From NCBI GenBank assembly GCA_903899845.1, contig CAIUKV010000206.1:1-62220 (forward strand): a stretch of 62,220 nucleotides of DNA, read 5' to 3'. The notes beneath the pieces were generated by a model. It saw nothing but the letters and a program-made list of their open reading frames with translations, was not told where the DNA came from and ran no database searches. Below are positions 9,093 through 19,462 of this stretch, in pieces; the stretch's first letter is position 1, and each line of letters begins with the position of its first letter. The position numbers and the translations under genes were made by a program. The DNA comes from an uncultured Actinomycetes bacterium (GTDB lineage Bacteria > Actinomycetota > Acidimicrobiia > IMCC26256 > PALSA-555).

Positions 9093-10100
9093 TCAGGGGG
9101 CGTCGGGCGCGACCTCGTGGCGCAGGGGCTCGCCCGCGCGGTAGCGGCGCAGGTTGTCGGCGAAGAGGTCGGCGCCGCGGGCGAAGCGGCCGTGGCCCCC
9201 CGACGACGAGTGCGGGGTGACGACCACCTTCGGGTGGGACCACAGGGGAGAGTCGGCGGGCAGCGGCTCGGTGGCGGTCACGTCGAGCACGGCGAAGTCG
9301 GGACGCCCGGCGTCGAGCGCGCCGAGCAGCGCGGCCTCGTCGACCACGGAGCCCCGGGCCACGTTGACGAGCACCGCGTCGGGACGCATGGCGGCGAGGA
9401 ACGCCGCGTCGACGAGGTGCTCGGTGGCGGGGCCGCCGGGGAGCGCGCACACCACCACGTCGACGTCACCGAGGCGCCCGGCCACCGCGTCGGGGCCGAT
9501 CATCTCGTCGACCGGCTCGGCGCCGGTGGGCGTGCGCCGCACCCCGATCACCGTCGCGCCGAGGGCCCGGGCCCGTTCGGCCACCGCCGCGCCGATCGCC
9601 CCCACGCCGATCACCAGCCACGCGCTGCCCGCCACCTCGCGCCACTCGTGGTGCTCCCAACGGTGGGCGGCCTGCCCGGCCCGCCACCGGTCGGCCCGCT
9701 GGAACCGGTCGAGCACGGCCCGCAGCACGTACTCGGCGATGGGCACGTTGTTGACGTGCGCGGTGCACAGGCGCACGCCGCGCGCGAGGAGCCGCCGGAA
9801 GGTCACGCCGTCGGTGCCCGCCCCGGCCGACTGCACGAAGCGCAGGGCCTCCGAGGCCAGGAGCGCATCGGTGAACGCGGTGTCATCGCCCCGCAGCACG
9901 TCGACCGACAGCCAGGCCGCCTCCGGCGGGTCGCCGGGGATCGCGCCGAGACCGGAATCGAACGCCACCAGGTCGACGCCCGGCACGGCCGCACCGATGC
10001 GGTCGCCCCACTGGGCGAGCGCCGTGGCCGACACCTGCACCCGCACCGGCCGCCCGCCGGTCGGCGCGTCCGGCGCGTCCGGCGGTGGAGCGCCGCTCAT
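9093..10100 (-). CDS. D-isomer-specific 2-hydroxyacid dehydrogenase
   Basis: GVGAIG, VNVARG, LDVTATEPLP and TPHSS. Confidence 0.9.
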   Translation of the reverse strand: MSGAPPPDAPDAPTGGRPVRVQVSATALAQWGDRIGAAVPGVDLVAFDSGLGAIPGDPPEAAWLSVDVLRGDDTAFTDALLASEALRFVQSAGAGTDGVTFRRLLARGVRLCTAHVNNVPIAEYVLRAVLDRFQRADRWRAGQAAHRWEHHEWREVAGSAWLVIGVGAIGAAVAERARALGATVIGVRRTPTGAEPVDEMIGPDAVAGRLGDVDVVVCALPGGPATEHLVDAAFLAAMRPDAVLVNVARGSVVDEAALLGALDAGRPDFAVLDVTATEPLPADSPLWSHPKVVVTPHSSSGGHGRFARGADLFADNLRRYRAGEPLRHEVAPDAP

Positions 10101-10163
10101 GCGGAGCCGCTCATGCCGGGCCGCTCACGCGCCGCGATCACGCAGGCGGTCACGCCGGACCGG

Positions 10164-12242
10164 TCACGCGGAGGCGAGCACCCGCAGCCGGACCGGGAGG
10201 CCCGAGAACCGGGGCATGCCGGTGAGCGGGTCGCAGTCGGCGTCGTCGGAGGTCAGCGCGTTCACGTTGGGGCCGGTGGTGCCGTCGAAGCCGTGGGGGA
10301 CGCTGACCGTCCCGGCCCGGATGCCGTCGTGGACCTCGGCCCGGGCCGTGGTCGCACCGTGCGCGCTCGTGATCTCGACCGTCGCCCCGTCGGCGATGCC
10401 GAGGCGCGTCGCGTCGTCGGGGTGCACGAGCAGGGTGGGGTGGGGCGCGAGCGCGGCCTGGTCGCCCACGTCTCGCAGCGTGGTGTTCATCTGGCGGACC
10501 AGGCGGCGGTTCACCAGCACCAGCGTGTCGGGGTCGGCGGGGGCGTCGGCGCGCTCGGCCGCCCAGTCCGCGAACTGGGCCACCACCGGGGCGGGGGCGA
10601 GGTCGAGGCGGCGGGGCAGGTTGTCGGGGATCAGCCAGCCCGGCGCGGGCGCATCGGCGGCGACCACCCCGTGCGGCGCCGCCTTGACCTCGGCCCAGGG
10701 GAGCCGGGCCTCGGCGGTGAGCAGGTCGAGCACGTCGTCGTCGGTGAACCCGTCGGGCAGCCGGTCGGCCAGAGCCGCATTGCCGAGCACGGGCACGCCC
10801 ATGCGCGCGCTCAGCTGCGCGAACACCCACGACGTCGGCTTGCGGTCCGCGCCCGGGGGGACCAACGCAGGCGTGTACTGCATGTACACGACCGGGTGGA
10901 ACATCGCGGTGTTGGCGTCGGCCCGCTCCATCTGCCCGGTGACCGGCAGCACGACGGTGGCCAGGTCGGTGGTCTCGGTGTGGCGGATGTCGCACACGAT
11001 CAGCAGCTCGAGCGCGGCGAGGGCCCGGCGGATCTTGTCGGTGTCGGGGAACACCAGCGCCGGATTGCCACCCATCACGAAGAGGGCCCGGACGTTGCCG
11101 GCCAGGATCTCGTCGGCCAGCGCGGCGGTGGGCAGCCCGCCGTAGCACGGGGGGATGTCGGGCCGGGTCCGGGCCCGGGCCCCCGAGTCGGTGGCGGCGG
11201 GGAGGGGGGTGTCCTCGCGCCGGCGCAGGAAGCCGGGGTTGAACATGGTGCCGCCGGGGCGGTCGAGGCTGCCGGTGACCGCGCACAGCGCCCAGCCCAG
11301 CCACTCGGTGACGTTGGCCGCCGGGTTCATCGACGCGCCGGTGCCGCTGGCGAAGCCGATGCGGGTGCCGCGGACCACGGCGTCGCGCGCCGCGACCAGC
11401 GTGGCCTCGGGCACGTCGCAGCACGCGGCCGTGTGCGCGAGCGTGTAGGGCGCGACCAGCGTGCGCACGGTCTCGACCGTGTCGAGGTCGGCACACGCCT
11501 CCAGGTAGGCGACGTCGGGCCCGGCCGCCAGCGCCTCGCGCACCAGGAAGGCGAGGAACGCCGGGTCGCTGCCCGGACGCAGGGGCACGTGCACGTCGGC
11601 GAGGCGGGCGGTCTCGGTGCGGCGGGGGTCGGCGACGACGATGGTCCCGCGGGCCTTCACCGCCCGCAGCGTGACCACCGGGTCGGGGACGATGTTGGCG
11701 TGCCCGTGGCTGACCAGCGGGTTCTGCCCCACGAACAGCAGGCAGTCGGTCGTGTGCACGTCGGGGGTCGACCACGGCAGCGTGGCCCCCGCGATCAGCT
11801 CGGGCACGTAGACCTTGTTGGGGCCGTCGATCGTGATGGCGCTGTAGATCTGGTCGGAGCCGAGCGCCCGGAAGAACGGATCGCTCACCATCGCGCCGGG
11901 GAAGTCGAAGCCCCAGCCGCTGGCCCGGTACGCAGCCACCGCGTTCGGGCCCGACTCGGCGATGACGCGACGCAGCCCGTCGGCGACGTGGTCGAGCGCG
12001 TGCTCCCAGTCCGCGGTCGTGCGCCCCCCGGGGTCGCCCGGGCGCCCGAGGAGCGGGGCGTCGAGCCGGGCCGGGTGGTGGTGCAGGTCGCCCGAGGCCC
12101 GGCCCTTCGAGCAGGTGTAGCCCCGCGACACCGGGTTGTCGGGATCGCCGGTCACCGCGACCACGCGGTCGCCCTCCACGGTGACGAGCAGCCCGCAGAA
12201 CGCCGGGCACAGTCGGCAGAACGAGGGGGTGGTCACCGCCAT
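10164..12242 (-). CDS. Molybdopterin-dependent oxidoreductase with N-terminal 4Fe-4S
   Basis: CRLCPAFC...CSKG, VGQNPLVSHG, DPRRTETA, MGGNPAL and a C-terminal LLVHPDDA...HGF molybdopterin dinucleotide-binding domain. TACGGT lies 6 nt before the ATG. Confidence 0.9.
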   Translation of the reverse strand: MAVTTPSFCRLCPAFCGLLVTVEGDRVVAVTGDPDNPVSRGYTCSKGRASGDLHHHPARLDAPLLGRPGDPGGRTTADWEHALDHVADGLRRVIAESGPNAVAAYRASGWGFDFPGAMVSDPFFRALGSDQIYSAITIDGPNKVYVPELIAGATLPWSTPDVHTTDCLLFVGQNPLVSHGHANIVPDPVVTLRAVKARGTIVVADPRRTETARLADVHVPLRPGSDPAFLAFLVREALAAGPDVAYLEACADLDTVETVRTLVAPYTLAHTAACCDVPEATLVAARDAVVRGTRIGFASGTGASMNPAANVTEWLGWALCAVTGSLDRPGGTMFNPGFLRRREDTPLPAATDSGARARTRPDIPPCYGGLPTAALADEILAGNVRALFVMGGNPALVFPDTDKIRRALAALELLIVCDIRHTETTDLATVVLPVTGQMERADANTAMFHPVVYMQYTPALVPPGADRKPTSWVFAQLSARMGVPVLGNAALADRLPDGFTDDDVLDLLTAEARLPWAEVKAAPHGVVAADAPAPGWLIPDNLPRRLDLAPAPVVAQFADWAAERADAPADPDTLVLVNRRLVRQMNTTLRDVGDQAALAPHPTLLVHPDDATRLGIADGATVEITSAHGATTARAEVHDGIRAGTVSVPHGFDGTTGPNVNALTSDDADCDPLTGMPRFSGLPVRLRVLASA

Positions 12243-12336
12243 CGCGGCACCGTAGCCCAGGGGTCGCGCGCCGGTCCCCGCTTCCCGGTCCCCGCTCCCC
12301 GGTGGCGGGCCCGGGTCCCGGCGCGGGCGGCTCCGG

Positions 12337-13320
12337 TCAGTCGTCGTCGGCGTCGGGTGCCCGGAAGCGCCGGACGAGCCCCCGGGCGGTGTCGAGCCCG
12401 CCGACGGGACGGAACGCGTCCGACTCGGCGGTGAGCTCCTCGGCCTCGGTGTCGGTGAGGTCGAGGTCGGCGGCCGCCGCGTTGTGCCGGAGCTGCGCGA
12501 CCGAGCTCGCGCCCGGGATCGCGACCACGTGGGGTCGGCGGACGAGCCAGGCCAGCGCGACCTGGGCCGGGGTGGCGTCGTGGGCGGCGGCGACCCGACG
12601 CAGGGTCGCGAGCAGCGGCGCGGCCCGGGCGAGGTTCTCGGGCAGGCAGAGCGGGTTGCGCCGACGTGCCGTCCCCGGGGGCGGGTGCTCGGCCGAGTAC
12701 TTCCCGCCCAGCACCCCCATCTCGAGCGGGCTGTACGCGATGACGATGCGGTCGTTGGCCTGGGCGTACCCGACGTTGCCGCGATCGGGCCTGCGCCACA
12801 GCAGGGAGTAGTGGACCTGGTTCGACAGCACCGGCCGGTCGAGGGCCGCGTCGGCCCGGGCCCAGCGGTCGGGTCCGAAGTTCGACACGCCCACGTGGGC
12901 GACCACGCCCTCGTCGAGCAGGCGGCGCATCCCGTCGAGCTGTGGGGCGAGCGGGAAGGCGGGGTTGGGCCAGTGGATCTGGTAGAGGTCGATGGTGTCG
13001 ACGCCGAGGCGCAGCGCCGACTGGCGACCGTGGTCGACCACCCGGGCCGAGGTCGGGGCGGCCGGGGTGAACTTGGTCGCCACGAACGCCTCGGCCCGCC
13101 GGGCACCGAGCGCGCGGCCGACGATCGCCTCCGAGGCGCCGCGGGCGTAGGCCTCGGCGGTGTCGATCAGGGTGATCCCGAGGTCGAGCGCGGTGCGCAC
13201 CAGCTCGAGCGCGGTGGTCTCGCCGTACTCGCGCCCGTAGCCCCAGTCCTTCGACCCGAACTGCCAGCAGCCGAGCCCGATCGCCGACACCCGGGTCCCG
13301 CCCGCCTCCACGTACCGCAT
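12337..13320 (-). CDS. Aldo/keto reductase
   Basis: IGLGCWQFG, IDTAEAY, VATKF, IDLYQIHWP, VGVSNF, AYSPL and IPGAS. Confidence 0.92.
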   Translation of the reverse strand: MRYVEAGGTRVSAIGLGCWQFGSKDWGYGREYGETTALELVRTALDLGITLIDTAEAYARGASEAIVGRALGARRAEAFVATKFTPAAPTSARVVDHGRQSALRLGVDTIDLYQIHWPNPAFPLAPQLDGMRRLLDEGVVAHVGVSNFGPDRWARADAALDRPVLSNQVHYSLLWRRPDRGNVGYAQANDRIVIAYSPLEMGVLGGKYSAEHPPPGTARRRNPLCLPENLARAAPLLATLRRVAAAHDATPAQVALAWLVRRPHVVAIPGASSVAQLRHNAAAADLDLTDTEAEELTAESDAFRPVGGLDTARGLVRRFRAPDADDD

Positions 13321-13397
13321 CTCCGCGCCTCCCGTGTCCGCCGCGGCGCCCGGGCCGACCCGGGGCTCGACGTCGGCCCAGGGATAGGTTACGGCCG

Positions 13398-14825
13398 ATG
13401 CCCCGGCGCCCCGACGCGACGTTCCTCGCCGAGCGCGGGTCGGTGTGGCGCTTCCTGGCCGCCCAGTCGTGCTCGTCGATCGGGGCGATCGCGCTCACCA
13501 CCGTGCTGGGCATCCAGGTCTTCGCCCTCACCCGCAGCGAGTTCGCGCTCGGGATGCTCGGCCTGGTCGAGTTCCTGCCGTCGCTGCTGCTGGTGCTGCT
13601 CACCGGCACGCTGGCCGACCGGATCGACCGCCGGCGCATGGCCAGCGTCGCGCTGGTGGTCGAGACCATCGCGGCCGGCGGCCTCGCCTGGTACGCGACC
13701 ACCGACCCCACGTCGGCCACGCCGATCTTCTTCCTGGTGCTGCTGTTCGGCACCGCCCGGGCGTTCGCCGCCCCGGCCGTACGGTCCATGCCCGCCGACC
13801 TCGTGCCCCACGCCAACCTCCCGTGGCTGACCGTGCGCTACTCGGGGACGTGGCAGCTCTCGGCGATCGTCGGCCCGGTGCTCGGCGGCTTCCTCTACGC
13901 CGCCGATCCGGCGTTGCCGTTCGTCGCGGTGGCGGTGCTGTTCGGGACCGCGGCGTTCGGCATCACCACGGTGCGCTACGCCCGTCACGTGCGCGAGCGC
14001 ACGGCGGTGACCGCCCTGGCCGAGCCGCTCGACGCGATCGAGCCCGCCGAGCTCGAGGGGCTCGAGGCCGCTGCCGCGTCCGGCGCGCCGGGGGCACGTC
14101 CGAACCGGCTGAAGGAGGCGCTCGAGGGCTTCCGGTTCATCCGCCGCGAGCCGGTGCTCCTCGGCGCCATCAGCCTCGACCTGATGGCCGTCCTGTTCGG
14201 CGGGGCGATCGCCCTGCTCCCGGCGCTCGCCGACGAGCGCCTCGGCGTCGATGCGGTGGGCCTCGGCTGGCTGCGGGCCGCGACCGGCATCGGCGCGGCC
14301 CTGATGACGGTCACGCTGGCCGTCCGCCCGCTCGGGCGCCGGATCGGGGTGGTCCTGCTCGGCGCGGTGGCGGTCTTCGGGATCGGGACGGTCGTGCTCG
14401 GCGCCACCACGAGCTTCACGGTCGCCTTCGTCGCCCTGGCCGTGCTCTCGGCCGCCGACGCGATCAGCGTCTTCGTCCGGGCCACGCTCGTGCCCTTGCT
14501 CACCCCCGACGAGATGCGGGGCCGGGTCCTCGCGATGGAGATGGTGTTCATCGGCGCGTCGAACGAGCTCGGGGCGTTCGAGTCCGGGGTCACCGGCCAG
14601 ATCTTCGGGCCCGCCCTCGCGGTGGTGATCGGCGGGGTCGCTTCGGTCGCCACCGCGGTGGCGTGGTGGTTCGGCTTCCCCGCCCTGCGCCGGACCGACC
14701 GCTTCCCCCGGATGGCCCTGCGCTCGAGCGTCGCGACCGGCCCCGCGGCGGGCCCCGATCCGCCGGCCCCGACCCCCGCTGCGCCGCCTGGGCCGGGGGT
14801 TTCCAGGCCATCTGACGAGGTGTAG
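13398..14825 (+). CDS. MFS transporter (DHA3/EntS-like)
   Basis: About 12 hydrophobic segments, motif A GTLADRIDRRR, and TPDEMRGRV. Confidence 0.85.
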   Translation: MPRRPDATFLAERGSVWRFLAAQSCSSIGAIALTTVLGIQVFALTRSEFALGMLGLVEFLPSLLLVLLTGTLADRIDRRRMASVALVVETIAAGGLAWYATTDPTSATPIFFLVLLFGTARAFAAPAVRSMPADLVPHANLPWLTVRYSGTWQLSAIVGPVLGGFLYAADPALPFVAVAVLFGTAAFGITTVRYARHVRERTAVTALAEPLDAIEPAELEGLEAAAASGAPGARPNRLKEALEGFRFIRREPVLLGAISLDLMAVLFGGAIALLPALADERLGVDAVGLGWLRAATGIGAALMTVTLAVRPLGRRIGVVLLGAVAVFGIGTVVLGATTSFTVAFVALAVLSAADAISVFVRATLVPLLTPDEMRGRVLAMEMVFIGASNELGAFESGVTGQIFGPALAVVIGGVASVATAVAWWFGFPALRRTDRFPRMALRSSVATGPAAGPDPPAPTPAAPPGPGVSRPSDEV

Positions 14826-14835
14826 GGTGACACGC

Positions 14836-16068
14836 ATGTCAGACACGCAGAAGCCCGAGATCCCCAAGATCATCAGCGTCGACGACCACGTCGTCGAGCC
14901 GGCCCACGTCTGGCAGACGTGGCTCCCGCAGAAGCACCGGGAGAAGGGACCGCGCATCGTCCGCGAGCGCTTCGGGAAGATGACGCTCATCAAGGGCGCC
15001 AAGTACGACATGCCGCTCGACCCGGACGGCGCCTGGGGCGACGCCTGGGTGTACGAGGACGAGATCATCTACGTGCACAAGAGCCACGTGGCGATCCCCC
15101 TGTCGGCCACCCCCGGTGGCGACAAGTCGAAGTTCGACCGCTCCCACATGAAGATGGAGGCGATGACGTACGACGACATGCGCCCCGGTTGCTACGACCG
15201 CGACGCGCGCATCAAGGAGTTCGAGGAGAACTGGGTCGACGGCTCGCTGCCGTTCCCGACCATGCCCCGCTTCTGCGGCCAGACCTTCTACGAGGCCAAG
15301 GACAAGGAGCTCGCGCTGGCCTGCGTCGAGGCCTACAACAACTGGATGGTCGAGGAGTGGTGCGGGGCCGGGGTCAACATCCCGCTGACCATCATCCCGC
15401 TCTGGGACGCCGACCTCGCCGCCGCCGAGGTGCTGCGCAACGCCGAGCGCAACGTGCACGCCGTCTGCTTCAGCGAGCTGCCCACCGCCCTCGGCCTGCC
15501 CAGCATCCACTCCGGCTACTGGGACCCGTTCTTCCAGGCCTGCAACGACACCGACACCGTGATCTGCATGCACGTCGGCTCGTCGTCGACCAACCCGACC
15601 GGCTCGCCCGACGCCCCCCGGGGTGCGAGCGCCAGCATCGCGTTCAACAACCCGATGACCTCGCTCGGTGAGTACATGTGGGGGGTGCTGCCCCGCTTCG
15701 ACAAGCTGCGCATCGCCTACTCCGAGGCCCAGGTCGGCTGGATCCCCTACGCCATCGAGCGCTCGGACTACGTCTGGGACCACCACGACGGCTGGATGTC
15801 GAACAAGGAGCGCATGCCGGTCAAGCCCTCGACCTACTACTACGGTCGGGTGTTCGGCTGCTTCACCTCCGACTACCACGGCATGAAGAGCCTCGACGAG
15901 ATCGGTGTCGACCAGGTCTGCTTCGAGACCGACTACCCGCACACCGACACCTCGTGGCCCCACACCAAGGAAGAGGTCAGCCGGATGTGCGAAGGCCTCT
16001 CCGAGGAGATGATCTACAAGGTCGTCCGGGGCAACGCCATCAACATGCTCAGCCTCGACCGGGACTGA
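14836..16068 (+). CDS. Amidohydrolase family protein (Amidohydro_2 type)
   Basis: ISVDDHVVEP, ICMHVG, SEAQVGWIP and FETDYPHTD. TAGGGT lies 7 nt before ATG 14836. Confidence 0.85.
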   Translation: MSDTQKPEIPKIISVDDHVVEPAHVWQTWLPQKHREKGPRIVRERFGKMTLIKGAKYDMPLDPDGAWGDAWVYEDEIIYVHKSHVAIPLSATPGGDKSKFDRSHMKMEAMTYDDMRPGCYDRDARIKEFEENWVDGSLPFPTMPRFCGQTFYEAKDKELALACVEAYNNWMVEEWCGAGVNIPLTIIPLWDADLAAAEVLRNAERNVHAVCFSELPTALGLPSIHSGYWDPFFQACNDTDTVICMHVGSSSTNPTGSPDAPRGASASIAFNNPMTSLGEYMWGVLPRFDKLRIAYSEAQVGWIPYAIERSDYVWDHHDGWMSNKERMPVKPSTYYYGRVFGCFTSDYHGMKSLDEIGVDQVCFETDYPHTDTSWPHTKEEVSRMCEGLSEEMIYKVVRGNAINMLSLDRD

Positions 16069-16118
16069 GTCCCGGTCGGACGGTCCGCCGGACCCCGCCC
16101 CGATCGGATCCCGCCTCG

Positions 16119-16955
16119 ATGGGTGATCGACTCGCCGGCAAGGTGGCGGTGGTCACCGGTGGCGGCAACGGGCTGGGTCGCGCCACCGCGCTGCGCTTCG
16201 CCGAGGAGGGCGCCGCGGTCGTGGTCGCCGACCTGCTCGACGGCGCCGGTGAGGAGACGGTCCGGCTGATCGAGTCGGCGGGGGGTCGGGCGACGTTCGT
16301 GTCGGTCGACGTCACCAGCCGGGCCGAGAACGACCGGATGGCCCGGACCGCGCTCGAGGTCTACGACGGCCTGCACGTGGTCGTGACCGCGGCGGGCGTC
16401 GCAACCGGCGAGTACGTGTCCGGCGACCTCGAGGGCGCCCAGAAGGCGATGCAGGCGCGCTTCGAGCCCGACCCGGCGCGCGGGTTCGTCGACCTGGACA
16501 TGGACGACTGGCAGTCGGTGCTCGACATCAACCTCACCGGCACGCTGAAGTCGCTCCAGGCCTGCGTCGGCGCCATGCTCGACCACGGCGGCGCGGCCGG
16601 GGGGAGCCTCATCACCATCGCGTCGATCGGGGCCAAGCACCCCGACGCCGGCTCCCTGCAGTACGGCGCGTCGAAGGCCGGGGTCTGGTGGATCACGAAG
16701 AAGCTCGCCCGCGACCTCGTGGGCAAGGGGATCCGGGTCAACTCGATCGGCCCCGGCTTCATCGAGACCAACATGACGGCGATCATGCAGTTCATGCCCC
16801 AGGCGCGGCTCGACCACATCCTCGGCCAGATCCCGATGGGCCGCATGGGCACGCCGCTCGAGATCGCCAACGCCGCGCTGTTCCTCGCCTCGGACGAGGC
16901 GAGCTACTTCACCGGCGAGATCCTCCACCCCGACGGCGGCTTCTTCACCGACTGA
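16119..16955 (+). CDS. SDR family oxidoreductase
   Basis: VTGGGNGLG, YGASK (YxxxK), IRVNSIGPG and TGEILHPDGG. Confidence 0.9.
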   Translation: MGDRLAGKVAVVTGGGNGLGRATALRFAEEGAAVVVADLLDGAGEETVRLIESAGGRATFVSVDVTSRAENDRMARTALEVYDGLHVVVTAAGVATGEYVSGDLEGAQKAMQARFEPDPARGFVDLDMDDWQSVLDINLTGTLKSLQACVGAMLDHGGAAGGSLITIASIGAKHPDAGSLQYGASKAGVWWITKKLARDLVGKGIRVNSIGPGFIETNMTAIMQFMPQARLDHILGQIPMGRMGTPLEIANAALFLASDEASYFTGEILHPDGGFFTD

Positions 16956-16967
16956 CCCCCCGGTCCC

Positions 16968-17015
16968 TTGTTTGGACGTTTCCGGGGCCTATGGCCCCAG
17001 GAAACGTCCAAACAA
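16968..17015. repeat. Long near-perfect palindrome (REP-like element or bidirectional terminator)
   Basis: TTGTTTGGACGTTTCC-GGGGCC-TAT-GGCCCC-A-GGAAACGTCCAAACAA between convergent genes. Confidence 0.75.
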
Positions 17016-17045
17016 AGCGGGTGAACGCCCCCCACCAACCACCGA

Positions 17046-19449
17046 CTACCAGCTCCACGCGTACCGCTCGTCGGGCCAGTAGACGACGCCGGCCTCGGCG
17101 AGGCGGTGGGCGTCGGCGCCCCGGCCCATCTCGTCGAGGATCTCGAGGGTGTGCTCGCCCACCCGGGGCGGCGGGCCGAACACCCGGGCCGGAGTGGCCG
17201 AGAAGTTGATCAGCTCGCCGAACTGGCGCATGCGGCCGACGATCGGGTGGTCGTACTGCACCACGAGGCCGAGCCGCTCGGCGTCGGCGTCGTAGAGCGG
17301 CCGGTGCCCGCCCTCGGTCTGGATCGGGACCTCGTTGGGGACGCCGGCGTCGTCGAGCGCGCGCGACCAGTTGATCGCGGTGCGGGTGCGGAACGCGACC
17401 TCGAGCTGCCCGACCACCGTGGAGCGGTCGGCGTCGTCGGGCACGCCGAGCGCGGCGACCAGGGCCTGCCACTGCTCGGGGGCGCAGCGCCGCGACCTGG
17501 ATCCACCAGTCCTGGGTCTCGTAGAGCCGGTACTCGGGGGCGAAGCCGTGCTGGCCGACGTCGGTCTTGGGCCGGGCCGACGGGGTGCCGTCGGCCCGCA
17601 GCAGCACGTCGGAGGCGTGCCAGGCGCCCCCGTCCATCAGCGACGTCCAGAGCTCCTGGCCCTCGCCGGTGCGGTCGCGGTGCACGATCGCCGCGAGCAC
17701 CCCGACGACCGACAGCATCGCGTTGGCGGCGTCGCACATCCCGAACCGGTAGTACAGCGGCGGGTGGCCGTGCTGCACGCCTCCGACCTCGTACTCGAGC
17801 CCGGCCGACGCCTGGTAGAGCGGGTCGAGGCCGCCGAACTCCGACAGCGGGCCCTCGAGCCCGTACGCGTAGGTGTTGCAGTAGATGACGTCGGGATTGA
17901 CCGCCCGGCACGCCTCGTAGTCGAGCCCGAGGCGGGCGGCGGTGCCCTTGGTCATGTTGTGGTGCACGACGTCGGCCCGGGCGATCAGCTCCTTGGCGAG
18001 GGCGAGACCCTCGGGGTCCTTGAGGTTGATCGCGATGTCGCGCTTGCCCCGCTGGCACCCGAAGAACGGCGCGCCACCGAGGCGCATGCCGTCGCCGGTG
18101 ACCGGCTCGACCTTGATGACGTCCATGCCGAGGTCACCGAGGATCATCGGCCCGAACGGACCGGCGAGGTACTGCCCGAAGTCGAGCAGCGTCAGTCCCG
18201 CGAGCGGCCCGCGGGGCTCGCCCGGCGTGGCGAGCGGATCGACGCGCACGGTGGCGTCGCCCATCGAGCGGATCGGGGTCGCGACCCGCGGCGGCGCATC
18301 CGACGCGACGGTGATCGCGGCGATCTCGTCGGCCGCCAGCCCGACCGATCCCCACACCTCGGCGTTGTGCTCACCGCAGCGGGGCTGCCCGCCGGTGATC
18401 GCGCCGGGGGTGCCGAGCAGGTGGACGGGCACCCCGAGCTGGGTGGTGGGGCCGAGGTCGGGGTCGTCGACGGTGACCACCATCTGGTTCGCGATCAGCT
18501 GGGGGTGGCGGAACTGGTCCTCGGGCTCGACGATGGCCTCGGCCGCATGGTTGTTGGCGACCAGGGTGGCGACGAGCTCGTCGCGGGTCCAGGTCCGGAA
18601 CGCCTCGCGCTGGCGGTTGGCCACGATGGTGTGGGCCTGGATCGGGGTGAGCCCGGCGAACGTCTCGGGCGGCAGCGGCTCGAGCCCGAGGATCTCGTCG
18701 ATCGACGCCTTGGGCGTCAGCCCGCTCATCACGCTGAGGTGGATCCACCCGTCGGCGACCTCGAAGATCATCGGCTGGTGCACGCCGGGCGGGTCGGTCT
18801 TCGACATCATCCCGTAGTACGCCGAGTCGCCGGCGGCGGTGTCCTGCCACAGCTGGGTCGTGTACAACCAGGCGCCCTGGAGCAGGCTGGTCTGGACGTG
18901 CTGGCCCTCACCGGTGGTGGCGCGGGCGTGCAGGGCGGCGAGGATGCCCGAGGCGACCAGCCAGATCATCCCGCTGCTCGGCATGGGCATGGGCAGGAAG
19001 ATCGGGCCGGCCCGCCATCCCGGCTGCTCCCACTGCTGGCCGCTCGCGGCCTGGATCAGCGCGTCGTAGCCGGGTCGGTGCTGGGCCCGGTGCCCGACCG
19101 GGTAGCCCGGCACCGAGCAGGTGATCAGCCGGGGGTTCGCCGCCCGCAGGGTGACGTGGTCGATGCCGAGGCGCTCGGTGACCCCGGGCCGGAACGAGTC
19201 GACGACGACGTCGGCGGTCCGGGCGAGCGCGCCGAACGCGGCCCGTCCCGCGTCGGACTTCAGGTCCACGGTGACCGAGCGCCGGGACCGGGTCCAGACC
19301 TTGTAGCCCTCGTAGTGGCGGAACGGGTCGCCGCCGGGGGGCTCCACCTTGATCACGTCGGCACCCTGCTCGGCGAGCAGCAGGATGCCGAGGGCGGCGG
19401 TCCCCGAGGTCAGGTCGAGGACGCGGATTCCGTCGAGTGCTCCGGCCAT
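17046..19449 (-). pseudogene. Tandem-domain CaiB/BaiF (family III) CoA-transferase with a one-base frameshift at about 17480
   Basis: Two CaiB halves (GADVIKVE/GYDALIQA and GMDVIKVE/GLDPLYQA). Removing one base from the G5 run at 17478-17482 restores ALRPEQWQALVAALG...PPPRVGEHT. May be a sequencing error. Confidence 0.8.
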
Positions 19450-19462
19450 GGGCCTCGTTCTA

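Noticed and set aside
10164-12242. Selenocysteine or formate dehydrogenase identity for the Mo enzyme
   Set aside because: No in-frame TGA, no FDH-type ligand motif recognised, and no partner subunits.
120-12434. Very long alternative-frame ORFs (e.g. 120-2453, 2718-5213, 4970-7789, 8985-12434, and similar throughout the window)
   Set aside because: They are antisense or frame-shifted shadows of recognisable genes, with Arg/Gly/Pro-rich composition and no motifs. Stop codons are scarce at high GC.
16945-17477. C-terminal tail of the 834-aa ORF as real protein
   Set aside because: It is the out-of-frame continuation after the G5 run. The true CaiB C-terminus is in the 17046-17444 frame.
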